Part shown: in pieces, positions 16,646 through 26,215 of the stretch
Position numbering within the stretch: the first letter of the stretch is position 1
Layout of the letters: each line of letters starts with the position of its first letter
DNA from: Eubacteriales bacterium
Lineage (GTDB): Bacteria > Bacillota > Clostridia > Oscillospirales > CAG-272
NCBI GenBank assembly: GCA_045656605.1
Contig: JAZORO010000070.1
Span: 731 to 64,730 of the forward strand
Reading direction: 5' to 3'
DNA length: 64,000 nt
Program-made: the position numbers and the translations under genes
The notes under the pieces: model-generated
The model's input: the letters and a program-made list of their open reading frames with translations, nothing else
What the model was told of the DNA's origin: nothing
Database searches by the model: none

Positions 16646-16674
16646 ATTATACACTAAGGAGAAAATTTTGTCAA
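16646..16674 (-). promoter_or_regulatory. consensus sigma-70 promoter of feoAB
   Basis: On the minus strand: TTGACA (16674-16669), a 17-nt spacer, then TATAAT (16651-16646). Confidence 0.7.
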
Positions 16675-16849
16675 TAGATTTTCTTCATTTTTTTACCTTC
16701 CACACCATCTTTTTATTCAGCGTTAGGCTGTCGGCCGTCGTTGCGGATATATCGCCGTTTTCCCCTTCTGCTTTTTGCTCTTGATTTTTTGGGCTGAGTG
16801 TGTTATGCTTAAATTAAGAGATGTTAATAACCTTATTTAGGAGATAAAG

Positions 16850-17212
16850 ATGATTTTACAAGAATCCGGCGAGATGTATCTCGAAACAATACTTGTACTC
16901 ACTGAGAAAAATGCGCACGTTCGCTCTATAGATGTTTGCGAGCATATGGGATTTTCGAAGCCGAGCGTAAGCCGTGCCATAGGACTTCTCAAAAAAGGCG
17001 GATACGTCGAGGTAGACAAAGACGGATATATCACTCTTACGAACGAGGGCTACTCCGCTGCAAGAAGAATATACGAAAGGCACAGAATGATTACCGATAT
17101 GCTCGTATCTCTCGGTGTGCCTGAGAATATAGCCTCTCAGGATGCCTGCAAGATCGAGCACCACGTCTCCGACGAGACCTTCGAGGCTTTGAAAAAGCAT
17201 ATATCCAAGTAA
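16850..17212 (+). CDS. DtxR-family metal-dependent transcriptional repressor (short form)
   Basis: 'GEMYLETILVL', a winged HTH ('VCEHMGFSKPSVSRAIGLLKKGGYV') and metal-site residues ('RHRMITDML...KIEHHVS') are present. Confidence 0.85.
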   Translation: MILQESGEMYLETILVLTEKNAHVRSIDVCEHMGFSKPSVSRAIGLLKKGGYVEVDKDGYITLTNEGYSAARRIYERHRMITDMLVSLGVPENIASQDACKIEHHVSDETFEALKKHISK

Positions 17213-17364
17213 GTGTCATAGAATCAGTAAATCGTTCCGTTAAAAATGCCGCAAGCTTACTTGTGCGCACCGGGGCAGAAGCGTGGTGCAGTATTCACGG
17301 CTTAGGCTCATAGAAATCGGAGCGATATCTTACCTCACGCAATAAGCTTTATATAAAAAATCAA

Positions 17365-17393
17365 GGCGAGGCTACCTTTCGGTTAGCCTCGCC
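17365..17393 (-). terminator. rho-independent terminator of the PFOR gene
   Basis: A 10-bp stem, GGCGAGGCTA/TAGCCTCGCC. In the minus sense it is followed by TTGATTTTTTAT. Confidence 0.7.
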
Positions 17394-17435
17394 CTTTCGG
17401 CTTGCCTTACGGCAATCCTATTTTATCAGAAACGA

Positions 17436-20400
17436 TTAGCTGTAGAAGTCAACCATCTTCTTAAGTCTCTCGTACTTCGCCTTTGCGGAAGCCTCAGCCT
17501 TTGCGAAGAGCTCCTTCGCTCTCTCGGGGAATGCCTGAGCAAGACGAGTGTAACGAGCCTCTCCGCCGATGAAGTCCTGATAAGAAGCTGTGGGCTCCTT
17601 GGAATCAAGGGAGAAGGGATTCTTGCCCTCTGCCTTAAGAGCAGGGTTGAATCTGAAGAGCTGCCAGTAGCCGGCCTCAACAGCCTTCTTCATCTCAGCC
17701 TGGCAGTTAGCCATACCGCCCTTGATGGAGTGCATCTCACAAGGAGCGTAACCGATGATGATGGAAGGTCCGGGATAAGCCTCAGCCTCTGCCATAGCCT
17801 TAAGAGTCTGGTTCATATCAGCGCCCATAGCAACCTGTGCTACGTAAACGTAACCGTAGGACATAGCGATCTCTGCAAGATTCTTCTTGCCGATAGCCTT
17901 ACCTGCCGCTGCGAACTGAGCAACCTGACCGATGTTAGAAGCCTTGGAAGCCTGTCCGCCGGTATTGGAGTAAACCTCGGTATCGAATACCATAACGTTT
18001 ACGTCCTCGCCGGATGCAAGCACGTGGTCAAGACCACCGAATCCGATATCGTATGCCCAACCGTCTCCACCGAAGATCCATACTGCCTTCTTCGAAAGGA
18101 ATGCCTTCTCAGCAAGGATAGCGGGAGCAACGGGACAGCCTGCAGCTGCAGCCTTCTCAAGCTCAACTACGAGAGCCTTGGTAGCAGCCTCGTTAGCCTT
18201 ACCGTCCTCAAGAGTAGAGAGGTAAGCATCGGCAGCTGCCTTGAACTCAGCGGATGCCTTATCGGACTCTGCCATAGCTCTAACCTTTTTAATGAGCTTC
18301 TCACGAACAGCCTTCTGACCTACGTACATACCAAGACCGTGCTCTGCGTTATCCTCGAACAGCGAGTTAGCCCAAGCGGGTCCTCTGCCGCTCTCCTTGT
18401 TTACGGTGTAAGGAGTTGCAGGAGCGGAGCCACCCCAGATAGAGGAGCATCCGGTAGCGTTGGATATATACATTCTCTCACCGAAGAGCTGGGTGATAAG
18501 ACGAGCGTAGGAGGTCTCTGCACAGCCTGCGCAAGAGCCGGAGTACTCGAGAAGGGGCTGCTTGAACTGGCTACCCTTGATGCTGGTAGCGACAAGTTCG
18601 GTCTTCTCAGATACGTTAGCAACAGCGTAGTCGTATGCAGCCTGCTGATCAAGCTGAGTAGCGATAGGCTTCATCTCAATTGCGGGAGCCTTGCCGGTCT
18701 TCGCAGAGTTTGCGGTAACGGGGCAAGCCTTTACGCAAAGAGTACATCCCATACAGTCAAGCGGAGAAACAGCCATAGTGAACTTGTACTCGGTCTTAGC
18801 AACGTTGTTCTTTGTGAACTTGGTAACAGCGGGAGCTGCCTCTGCCTCTGCGGCAGTCATTGCGAAGGGACGGATACAAGCGTGAGGACATACGAATGCA
18901 CAGTTGTTACACTGGATACAGGTCTCGGGATTCCACTGAGGAACGGTAACCGCAACACCTCTCTTCTCATATGCGGAAGAGCCCTGGGGGAAGGTACCGT
19001 CAGCGTACTTAGCAAAGGTAGCAACAGAGAGTGTGTCACCCTTCATTGCGCCTACGGGAACAACGATATCGTTTACGAAATCGATGAGGTCAGCTCTCTT
19101 ACCGGAGAACTTAGCTGCGGGTGCGGTAACACCTGCGTCAGCCCAAGCTGCGGGAACGTCAACGGATACGATAGCATCCTTACCTGCGTCGATAGCCGCA
19201 TAGTTGAGGTCAACGATAGCCTGTCCCTTCTTGATGTAGGACTTGTAAGCAGCCTTCTTCATATGCTCGATAGCTTCGTCGATGGGAAGAATCTTAGCAA
19301 GAGTGAAGAATGCAGACTGAAGAACGGTGTTCTTTACCTTAGCGTTACCGAGGTCGATAGCAATCTTGGTAGCGTTGATGATGTAGAACTTAACGTTATT
19401 CTTTGCGATATAGCTCTTAACCGATGCGGGAAGATGAGCATCAAGCTCGTCTACAGACCAGGGGCAGTCAAGAAGGAATGCGCCGCCCGGCTTAACGTCG
19501 GAGATCATATCGTACTTTGCAAGATATGCGTTGTTGAGGCAAGCAACGAAGTCAGCCTTGCTGATATAGTAAGAAGACTTGATGGGGCTGTCACCGAATC
19601 TGAGGTGAGAAATGGTGATACCTCCGGTCTTCTTGGAGTCATACTGGAAGTAAGCCTGAATGAACTTATCGGTATGGTCGCCTATGATCTTGATAGAGTT
19701 CTTGTTTGCACCAACGGTTCCGTCGCCGCCAAGACCCCAGAATTTGCACTGAATCATATCAGAGGGTGCAGTGTCGGGAGCTGCAGTCTCGGTAAGAGAA
19801 AGACCGGTAAGATCGTCAACGATACCAACGGTGAAGTGGCACTTAGGCTCAGCCTTAGCCATATTCTCGTAGATAGCGAAGATAGAAGCGGGAGTAGTAT
19901 CCTTAGAGCCAAGACCGTATCTGCCGCCGAGAACCTTCACGCCGCATCTGCCAACCTCGTTGAGAGCTGCGATAACGTCGAGGTAAAGGGGCTCGCCAAG
20001 AGAGCCGGGCTCCTTTGTTCTGTCAAGAACGGATACAACCTTTGCGCTTGCGGGAATAGCCTCAGCAAGCTTAGCCGCAACGAAGGGTCTGTAAAGACGA
20101 ACCTTAACAAGACCAACCTTCTCGCCCTTAGCAAGAAGATAATCAATAACCTCCTCTGCAACGTCGCAAACCGAGCCCATAGCGATAATAACACGCTCAG
20201 CATCGGGTGCGCCGTAGTAGTTGAAGAGCTTGTAATCGGTACCGAGCTTAGCGTTAACCTTACCCATATACTCCTCAACGATTGCGGGAAGAGCATCGTA
20301 GTAGGGGTTGCAAGCCTCTCTGTGCTGGAAGAAGATGTCGCCGTTCTCAGCCGAGCCGCGAAGTACGGGATGCTCAGGGTTGAGAGCTCTGTCACGGAAT

Positions 20401-21029
20401 GCCTGTACAGCATCCATATCAACCATCTCGAGAAGATCCTTATAATCCCAAGCGGCAACCTTCTGTACCTCGTGAGAGGTTCTGAAGCCGTCGAAGAAGT
20501 TAAGGAAAGGAACTCTACCCTTGATAGTAGCTAGGTGAGCAACTGCACCAAGGTCCATAATCTCCTGTGCGTTGGTCTCAGCAAGCATAGCAAAGCCGGT
20601 CTGGCGGCAAGCATAAACGTCCGAGTGATCGCCGAAGATGTTAAGAGCGTGGGAAGCTACGCATCTTGCGGAAACGTGAATAACGCAGGGCAGAAGCTCG
20701 CCCGCAATCTTATACATATTCGGGATCATAAGAAGAAGACCCTGAGAAGCAGTATAAGTGGTGGTGAGAGCGCCTGCACCAAGAGAACCGTGAACAGCGC
20801 CTGCTGCGCCTGCCTCAGACTGCATCTCTACAACCTTAACGTTCTCGCCGAAGATGTTCTTAGCGGGCTCGCCAAAGATGTTCTTGTCGGATGCAGACCA
20901 AGTGTCTGTTACTTCCGCCATAGGGCTGGAAGGGGTGATAGGATAGATAGCAGCAACCTCTGTGAACGCATAGGATACGTGCGCCGCAGCGGTGTTACCA
21001 TCCATAGAAATTTTCTTTCTTTCTATCAT
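17436..21029 (-). CDS. nifJ: pyruvate:ferredoxin (flavodoxin) oxidoreductase
   Basis: The protein is about 1200 aa with 'MDGNTAAAHVSYAF', two ferredoxin-type motifs (CIQCNNCAFVCPH and CMGCTLCVKACP) and the TPP domain motif 'GGDGWAYDIGFGG'. The start is probably MIERKK after GGAGGAAAAACC; an alternative ATG lies at 21044. Confidence 0.95.
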   Translation of the reverse strand: MIERKKISMDGNTAAAHVSYAFTEVAAIYPITPSSPMAEVTDTWSASDKNIFGEPAKNIFGENVKVVEMQSEAGAAGAVHGSLGAGALTTTYTASQGLLLMIPNMYKIAGELLPCVIHVSARCVASHALNIFGDHSDVYACRQTGFAMLAETNAQEIMDLGAVAHLATIKGRVPFLNFFDGFRTSHEVQKVAAWDYKDLLEMVDMDAVQAFRDRALNPEHPVLRGSAENGDIFFQHREACNPYYDALPAIVEEYMGKVNAKLGTDYKLFNYYGAPDAERVIIAMGSVCDVAEEVIDYLLAKGEKVGLVKVRLYRPFVAAKLAEAIPASAKVVSVLDRTKEPGSLGEPLYLDVIAALNEVGRCGVKVLGGRYGLGSKDTTPASIFAIYENMAKAEPKCHFTVGIVDDLTGLSLTETAAPDTAPSDMIQCKFWGLGGDGTVGANKNSIKIIGDHTDKFIQAYFQYDSKKTGGITISHLRFGDSPIKSSYYISKADFVACLNNAYLAKYDMISDVKPGGAFLLDCPWSVDELDAHLPASVKSYIAKNNVKFYIINATKIAIDLGNAKVKNTVLQSAFFTLAKILPIDEAIEHMKKAAYKSYIKKGQAIVDLNYAAIDAGKDAIVSVDVPAAWADAGVTAPAAKFSGKRADLIDFVNDIVVPVGAMKGDTLSVATFAKYADGTFPQGSSAYEKRGVAVTVPQWNPETCIQCNNCAFVCPHACIRPFAMTAAEAEAAPAVTKFTKNNVAKTEYKFTMAVSPLDCMGCTLCVKACPVTANSAKTGKAPAIEMKPIATQLDQQAAYDYAVANVSEKTELVATSIKGSQFKQPLLEYSGSCAGCAETSYARLITQLFGERMYISNATGCSSIWGGSAPATPYTVNKESGRGPAWANSLFEDNAEHGLGMYVGQKAVREKLIKKVRAMAESDKASAEFKAAADAYLSTLEDGKANEAATKALVVELEKAAAAGCPVAPAILAEKAFLSKKAVWIFGGDGWAYDIGFGGLDHVLASGEDVNVMVFDTEVYSNTGGQASKASNIGQVAQFAAAGKAIGKKNLAEIAMSYGYVYVAQVAMGADMNQTLKAMAEAEAYPGPSIIIGYAPCEMHSIKGGMANCQAEMKKAVEAGYWQLFRFNPALKAEGKNPFSLDSKEPTASYQDFIGGEARYTRLAQAFPERAKELFAKAEASAKAKYERLKKMVDFYS

Positions 21030-21209
21030 TGGTTTTTCCTCCATATAAAATATTTTATAAACAAATTAAGGCTGAGGTTTCCCTCAGCCCACTATTATAT
21101 CACATATATGTAGAAAAGTAAATAGAGAAGCTAAAAATTATTGTGAAAAAATTCACAGACCGTAAGCGAGCGCATGCGAAATCTTTAGCGCAACTCTATT
21201 GTTTTTCTG

Positions 21210-21833
21210 TCAATTATTTTTCTTCTCAAGTTCATCAACTGCCGCTCTGTATCCGTCAAGGTCGGTAAGAATATTCAACGCCTCGATCAACGCCTTTGCC
21301 GACATATTCTCAGGTAGTCTGAAGTGTAGAGCAAGGCGTTTTCTCCTATCTGATGAGTTATCTTTGCCGGACAGACCATCAAGATAAAAATGCGTTTTTG
21401 TAATCAATTCTTTACTTTTTCTCTGCGTTTCTCCATCTTCCGAGTCAATAAACGGCGACAGCACTCGGAGTATTTCTTCTTTTTTCATCCCTTCGACGCC
21501 GAGGATACCTTCCTTCGAAGGGGTGCTCTTTCTTCTCTCTTTGCCTTCAATCCTCGGTATATAAGCCGAGAAAACCCTATCCTTTGGCAGTATACCCTTT
21601 ATATACGAGCGTATTACGGCCCCCGCTCCATCCGAATCGGTAAGAATAACTATGCCGTCGCAGGACAGAGCTCTGATGAGAGCTTTTTTCTCGCTTGACG
21701 AAAAGATTTCGAAGCCGCCGGACGTTATCACAGTACCGTCGACAGCGGATAGCAACGCTATCTTATCATATTTACCCTCGACTATAACCGGGTAGCGCAG
21801 TTTCGGCTTACCCGTGTGCGATTTTTCAGCCAT
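21210..21833 (-). CDS. Toprim-domain protein, RNase M5-like
   Basis: 'PVIVEGKYDKIAL' and 'IVILTDSDGAGAVIRSYI' form the Toprim acidic motif. It overlaps the nth 3' end by 8 nt. Confidence 0.6.
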   Translation of the reverse strand: MAEKSHTGKPKLRYPVIVEGKYDKIALLSAVDGTVITSGGFEIFSSSEKKALIRALSCDGIVILTDSDGAGAVIRSYIKGILPKDRVFSAYIPRIEGKERRKSTPSKEGILGVEGMKKEEILRVLSPFIDSEDGETQRKSKELITKTHFYLDGLSGKDNSSDRRKRLALHFRLPENMSAKALIEALNILTDLDGYRAAVDELEKKNN

Positions 21834-22488
21834 TATCAGCTCTCCTCTCGTTATGTAGGCACAGGTCGGAAAGCGGACATTCCCCGCATTTAGGATTTCG
21901 GGCGGTGCAGGTTTCTCTACCGAAATAAACTATCCTGTGGCAAAAATCCGAGCCTTCCGATGCATCTATAAGCTCGGTAAGAATCTTCTCTATCTTATAA
22001 GGGTCTCGCAATGATTCGGGATACATTCCGAGCCTGCCGGCTATACGCATACAGTGAGTATCGCAAACCACAGCCGGAAGAGAGTAAACGTCGCCCAAAA
22101 GCAAGTTTGCAATCTTTCTGCCTACCCCTGGGAACTTAAGCAACGTATCCATATCATTCGGGAGTACTCCGCCGTATTCATCTGCGAGCATACGGGATGC
22201 GTCACGGATATTCCGAGCCTTGCTCTTGTAAAGTCCGCAGGGCTTAACTATCTGCTCTATCTGCGCAAGATCGCCCTCTGCCATCGAGCGTGCGTCGGGA
22301 AAGCGAGAAAACAGCTCCTTACACACTATATTCACCCTCGCATCCGTACACTGAGCAGACAGCCTGCCCATCACCAGCAATCGCCAGGGATCGCCCTCGT
22401 ATTCGAGTGCGCATTCTGCATTCGGATAAACCTCCTTGAGCCTGTCTACAATCAAAGCAAGCCTATTCTTTTTTTCTCTCTTTGTCAA
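21826..22488 (-). CDS. nth: endonuclease III
   Basis: It has the HhH-GPD motif 'LLKFPGVGRKIANLLLG' and the 4Fe-4S loop 'CTARNPKCGECPLSDLC'. Confidence 0.9.
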   Translation of the reverse strand: MTKREKKNRLALIVDRLKEVYPNAECALEYEGDPWRLLVMGRLSAQCTDARVNIVCKELFSRFPDARSMAEGDLAQIEQIVKPCGLYKSKARNIRDASRMLADEYGGVLPNDMDTLLKFPGVGRKIANLLLGDVYSLPAVVCDTHCMRIAGRLGMYPESLRDPYKIEKILTELIDASEGSDFCHRIVYFGRETCTARNPKCGECPLSDLCLHNERRADNG

Positions 22489-22533
22489 GGCGGTTCCCCC
22501 TTTTTTTCTTATTAATGAATATTATTCCTTCTA

Positions 22534-23127
22534 TTACTTGTTATCATCATAGAAGCCGGAGTTGCGTACCAGCTTTTCCGTAAGCTTAATGCATAGGCCG
22601 ATTACCGTGTCCATCTCTCCTTCGTATGAAAGCACAAATCTGCCCCCATCTCCTTGTATGCCGTACGATCCCGCTTTATCCATAGGCTCACCCGAGTCTA
22701 CGTATGCATAGATTTCTTCATCCGAAAGTTGCTTGAAGGTTACGGATGTCGTATCAACGCCCGAAAACATTCTGCCCTTATAATGAACCGCAACACCGGT
22801 GTGTACGTGATGCGTCCTGCCTGAGAGTGAGCGCAACATTCCTGCCGCATCCTCTCTATCCTTCGGCTTTCCGAGAGCGACGCCGTCAATTTCGACAACT
22901 GTATCGGACGAAATAATTAGTCTGTCCTCACCCACCTTAGCGAGTACAGCTCTACCCTTCCTCTCGGCGATAACCGCAGTACCGTCTCTGACCGACATAT
23001 TCTCGGGAAACGATTCATCCACATCCTCTGTTATCACGTCAAAACTCGAGAACAATCCGCCGAGAAGCTCTCTGCGCCTCGGGGATTTAGAGGCGAGGAC
23101 GACCTTTTCTTCCTTATATAACATCAT
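22534..23127 (-). CDS. maf: Maf-like nucleoside triphosphate pyrophosphatase
   Basis: 'LASKSPRRRELL', 'DKAGSYGIQG' and a length of 197 aa all fit Maf. Confidence 0.9.
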   Translation of the reverse strand: MMLYKEEKVVLASKSPRRRELLGGLFSSFDVITEDVDESFPENMSVRDGTAVIAERKGRAVLAKVGEDRLIISSDTVVEIDGVALGKPKDREDAAGMLRSLSGRTHHVHTGVAVHYKGRMFSGVDTTSVTFKQLSDEEIYAYVDSGEPMDKAGSYGIQGDGGRFVLSYEGEMDTVIGLCIKLTEKLVRNSGFYDDNK

Positions 23128-23189
23128 ATCTCCTTTTATAGCCTGTGCGGAGTCAGTCGAATGAGTAAAGCTAAAATCTTCTGCGCTCC

Positions 23190-23229
23190 CCCGAAAGAAA
23201 CGCCCCCGAGCCCGAAGACTCGAGGGCGT
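23190..23229 (-). terminator. probable terminator of the lipoprotein gene
   Basis: An 11-bp stem with one mismatch, ACGCCCCCGAG/CTCGAGGGCGT. In the minus sense it is followed by TTTCTTTC. Confidence 0.45.
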
Positions 23230-23267
23230 GCCTCTTGTGCTTATATTCTATTAATTCAAATCTCGAA

Positions 23268-25049
23268 TTATTCCTCATCGGCAGTCTCGGAGGAGAACTT
23301 AGCATACTCCTCAACGAGCAGGTTCAGATATTCTTCCTTAGTACCGCGAATGTTGCCGTACTTGGTGTGCATATTATCGAACTTGAATCTTGCTGCCTTG
23401 ATCATCTCGTGCCACTTGTTAGCACTTGCCTCGTCGTCCTCGGTGCTGAAGAACTTAGCGATAGCATCCTCGAATACCTTATCGAAGGCAGTACGTACGT
23501 GCTCACGGATGTAGTCAAGCATATCTGCGTTTCCAACAGCGTTATCACCACTCTGAGCAACCTTACCCTTAAGCTGAGACTCATAGTACTCGTTAAGGAT
23601 GTCGGTAGAGTTAAGAGACTGATAGTTGAGGTAAGCAGAGCACTGAGCAAACTTGTTGGTGCAGGCTGCAACTGCGCCTATACGTCCAAGGTTGTGAATC
23701 TGAGTGAGGTATGTATCCTGTACGGGGTTACCCTCTGCGTCAACAGTTCTGTAAAGAGGAACGGGAGCGATACCGAAGCCGCCGTCCATATTCTGATACT
23801 GCTCATACTCAAGCGCACCTACGCAGATAACGTTACCGAAGAGAACCTCGCCCTCGGCGAATCTGGTTCTGATAGCAGCTCCGGGAGAAGTACCGTAATC
23901 ATAAAGCTCGGATGTATCGTTCTTTTCGATTCTAACGGAGATTACGCCCTTCTGTGAGAAGAGGTTAGAAAGATTCTCGCAGAACTTCTCAAGATCAACG
24001 TTGGTTGGGGGATACGAATACACGTAATCGTTGTCTTCTGTGTTGAACTCTCTCTTGATGATGGTGATAGACGTGGTGTAAAGCATACCGGAAACGCAAA
24101 GACCGGAGTTAGCATCGAGAGCAAATCCTACTCTGTCGTACAGGTCGTAGAGGTTAGCTCCGCCCGTGGTGCTGGTTCTGTCGATAGATACGTCGTCAGC
24201 GAACTCAGCCATAGTGTCATAGTTCCACTCCATATCCCAGATGAGCTCGAAGAAGTCATCCATAGTGAAGTCATCATCGTCGGTACGGTCAGCTCTGTGA
24301 GGAGCCTCACCGGTAGTATCAACGTCAAGACCGTTCATAAGATTGGAGTTAACAGGGATAACGTAGAATGCACGAACCATATCAGTGAAGTAGTCACTGG
24401 ACAGGCAGTACATCTTCTCTCTGGAGAGAGTAAGAGACCACATGTAATCGAACATGTATCCCTCGCCCTTATCGGTGTAGGTAGGATCGTTAGCAAACTC
24501 GAAGTAGTTCTTACCCTTAAGCTCTCCAGCGCCTCTGATAGTAGAGTTAAGGTTAGCGAATGCGCCCTTAAGAGAAGCAGAAGTCATATCAAAGACGAAG
24601 TTACAGAAAATATCAGGGCAGGTCGAGGAAGCCTCGTTTACTGCTGTGTTAATTCTGTCGATGTTGGCACCCCATCCGTAAGCGGACGTATCGGGGAGCT
24701 CATCCCAGTTGATTTTGGATACCTTAGTGATACCATTTGCAAGAGTGTTTCTCTGAGTAACCATGGTGTCGATAAGCTCGGGGGTAACGCCATCGGAAAG
24801 CTGACCCGCTATGTATCTTCTACACTCAGAAGAAAGCTGCTGTCCGTCAGAGTTGAGGGTGTACTGGAACTTAAGCTGAACGTCGTCCCAAGGGTAGGTG
24901 ACCTGGCTGTTACCGCCGCCACCGCCACCGCCGCCACCGCCGCCACCGCCGCCACCGCCGCCGGGCTCTTCTTCGGGCTTCTTACAAGCGGCGAACATTG
25001 TGACAACCATGACAAGAACAAGCAGTAACGCAAGTAATTTGGTTTTCAT
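23268..25049 (-). CDS. lipoprotein, large extracellular solute-binding-protein-like, with a poly-Gly linker
   Basis: It has a signal peptide with the lipobox 'MFAAC', followed by EEEP, 17 Gly, and a mature domain of about 540 aa. No ABC permease genes are adjacent. Confidence 0.6.
   Translation of the reverse strand: MKTKLLALLLVLVMVVTMFAACKKPEEEPGGGGGGGGGGGGGGGGGNSQVTYPWDDVQLKFQYTLNSDGQQLSSECRRYIAGQLSDGVTPELIDTMVTQRNTLANGITKVSKINWDELPDTSAYGWGANIDRINTAVNEASSTCPDIFCNFVFDMTSASLKGAFANLNSTIRGAGELKGKNYFEFANDPTYTDKGEGYMFDYMWSLTLSREKMYCLSSDYFTDMVRAFYVIPVNSNLMNGLDVDTTGEAPHRADRTDDDDFTMDDFFELIWDMEWNYDTMAEFADDVSIDRTSTTGGANLYDLYDRVGFALDANSGLCVSGMLYTTSITIIKREFNTEDNDYVYSYPPTNVDLEKFCENLSNLFSQKGVISVRIEKNDTSELYDYGTSPGAAIRTRFAEGEVLFGNVICVGALEYEQYQNMDGGFGIAPVPLYRTVDAEGNPVQDTYLTQIHNLGRIGAVAACTNKFAQCSAYLNYQSLNSTDILNEYYESQLKGKVAQSGDNAVGNADMLDYIREHVRTAFDKVFEDAIAKFFSTEDDEASANKWHEMIKAARFKFDNMHTKYGNIRGTKEEYLNLLVEEYAKFSSETADEE
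24912..24962 (-). repeat. GGC/GGT codon microsatellite encoding Gly17
   Basis: Read on the minus strand the tract is (GGC GGC GGT)x4, GGC GGT, GGC GGC GGT. Confidence 0.95.
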
Positions 25050-25283
25050 GTTTGTTTTCTCCTTTTTTGATTTTATACCGTAATGTTTTTACCGTTTTTT
25101 GCTCGACCCACGGTAGAAGACCGTTGCAAAAAGCTTTGTGTCCCCACGGTGATTAAATGCAGAGAAGCAGTTCCTCATACGAGCTGCCGGGGGGATTCTG
25201 CCCGCAACACCCCATCCTACGTATCACGTAATGAGCGAGGCGCAAAACAGAGCGTGCAGTAATCACTCCACTTTCGCGTGTAT

Positions 25284-25313
25284 ATAATAACACAAAACAT
25301 ATAAACAAGTCAA
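25284..25313 (-). promoter_or_regulatory. promoter of the lipoprotein gene
   Basis: On the minus strand: TTGACT, an 18-nt spacer, then TATTAT with TGn (tgtTATTAT). It implies a 5' leader of about 230 nt. Confidence 0.5.
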
Positions 25314-25420
25314 GAAGAAGAAATGAACAGAAACAATTTTCTCGAACTTTGCACAACGAAAACAATCGAATTTTGTGCATACTGTCTCAAATAAATTAAC
25401 AGATTTTTAACGTAGCGACC

Positions 25421-25930
25421 TTAGTGATTCTGCACATTCCTGAATCTCGCACTGTCTCGCACGCTATCCACACCTATTGCCAATGCTACGAGCAGGGCTT
25501 CCTCACTCGGCTCGAGTACTTCGAGCCTATAGCTGTCTCTGAGGAAATCCGATGCGCCCTCGTACGCCGCTCCCATCCGAGCGACCTCAACACCGTTCTT
25601 TATCACCCTGATAGGCTTGAATAAGCCTTGCGACTCGAATCGGATATCATCGGAACACCTGTCAACACCGACAGCTCTGCCGAAGAATCGCTCCTTAAGC
25701 CTGCAATAAAGCTCTCCGTCCGCAGTGTAAACAAGTGCCCTCTTAAACAGGGATATCCAGTACTGGTTTCTCACGATGAAAATGAGCTTCCCCTCTGTGT
25801 CGTATATGAACTTCTTGTTTGTTATCGAAAAGAACTTCCCTCTAACCTCAAAAAGAGATCTGCCCTCTTCATCCCTCACGTAGGAATTACCTCTGATGCT
25901 GAATAGCTTGTTTTTTACGTATACAACCAT
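25421..25930 (-). CDS. LURP-one-related (DUF567, tubby-like) family protein
   Basis: 'KLFSIRGNSYVRDEEGRSLFEVRGKFFSITNKKFIYD' shows the repeated beta-strand pattern of this family. The start was trimmed to the ATG with GGAG 9 nt upstream. Confidence 0.55.
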   Translation of the reverse strand: MVVYVKNKLFSIRGNSYVRDEEGRSLFEVRGKFFSITNKKFIYDTEGKLIFIVRNQYWISLFKRALVYTADGELYCRLKERFFGRAVGVDRCSDDIRFESQGLFKPIRVIKNGVEVARMGAAYEGASDFLRDSYRLEVLEPSEEALLVALAIGVDSVRDSARFRNVQNH

Positions 25931-26215
25931 ATTCTCCATCTCCGTTCGATTTTTAAAAACAACGAAAGCGTCCCCTCGTTTTTCGCCATTTCGGCAAAAA
26001 GCAACAAAGTGCTTGCGCCATACTCGGTTGCATTTACGGGCTCTCTTTAGTTGCACCACACACTGATGAATGTAAACTTTGATTTACTTTTACTCAAATT
26101 CAAAGCCGTGATATGTCCATACCCGTATGCAATTAACAACAGTTTTCGCCGAAGCTAGCCTTGCCTTCCGTCTCGTCCGTTTTCTCAGATACCACAGCGA
26201 TGCGGCAGCAAAAAA

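Noticed and set aside
17730-20534. A 934-aa ORF on the plus strand, antisense to the PFOR gene.
   Set aside because: The opposite strand encodes an unmistakable full-length PFOR. The antisense product is low-complexity (rich in S, L, V, G and C) with no recognisable motifs, RBS or promoter. It is most likely a stop-poor antisense frame caused by the strong codon bias of a highly expressed gene.
21060-21095. The hairpin GGCTGAGG-tttc-CCTCAGCC just upstream of the PFOR start, considered as a terminator of the upstream Toprim gene.
   Set aside because: It lies downstream of a good PFOR promoter (minus strand, tgaTATAAT around 21093-21101). It is therefore more likely a 5'-UTR stabilising stem-loop, and the evidence is too thin to annotate either way.
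24898-25083. A plus-strand ORF encoding a poly-Pro run.
   Set aside because: It is simply the reverse complement of the Gly17 microsatellite in the lipoprotein signal/linker region.
25153-25380. A 75-aa minus-strand ORF in the region upstream of the lipoprotein gene.
   Set aside because: It begins upstream of the mapped promoter elements and spans them. It has no SD and its composition is Cys- and Leu-rich. I treated the region as promoter plus leader instead.
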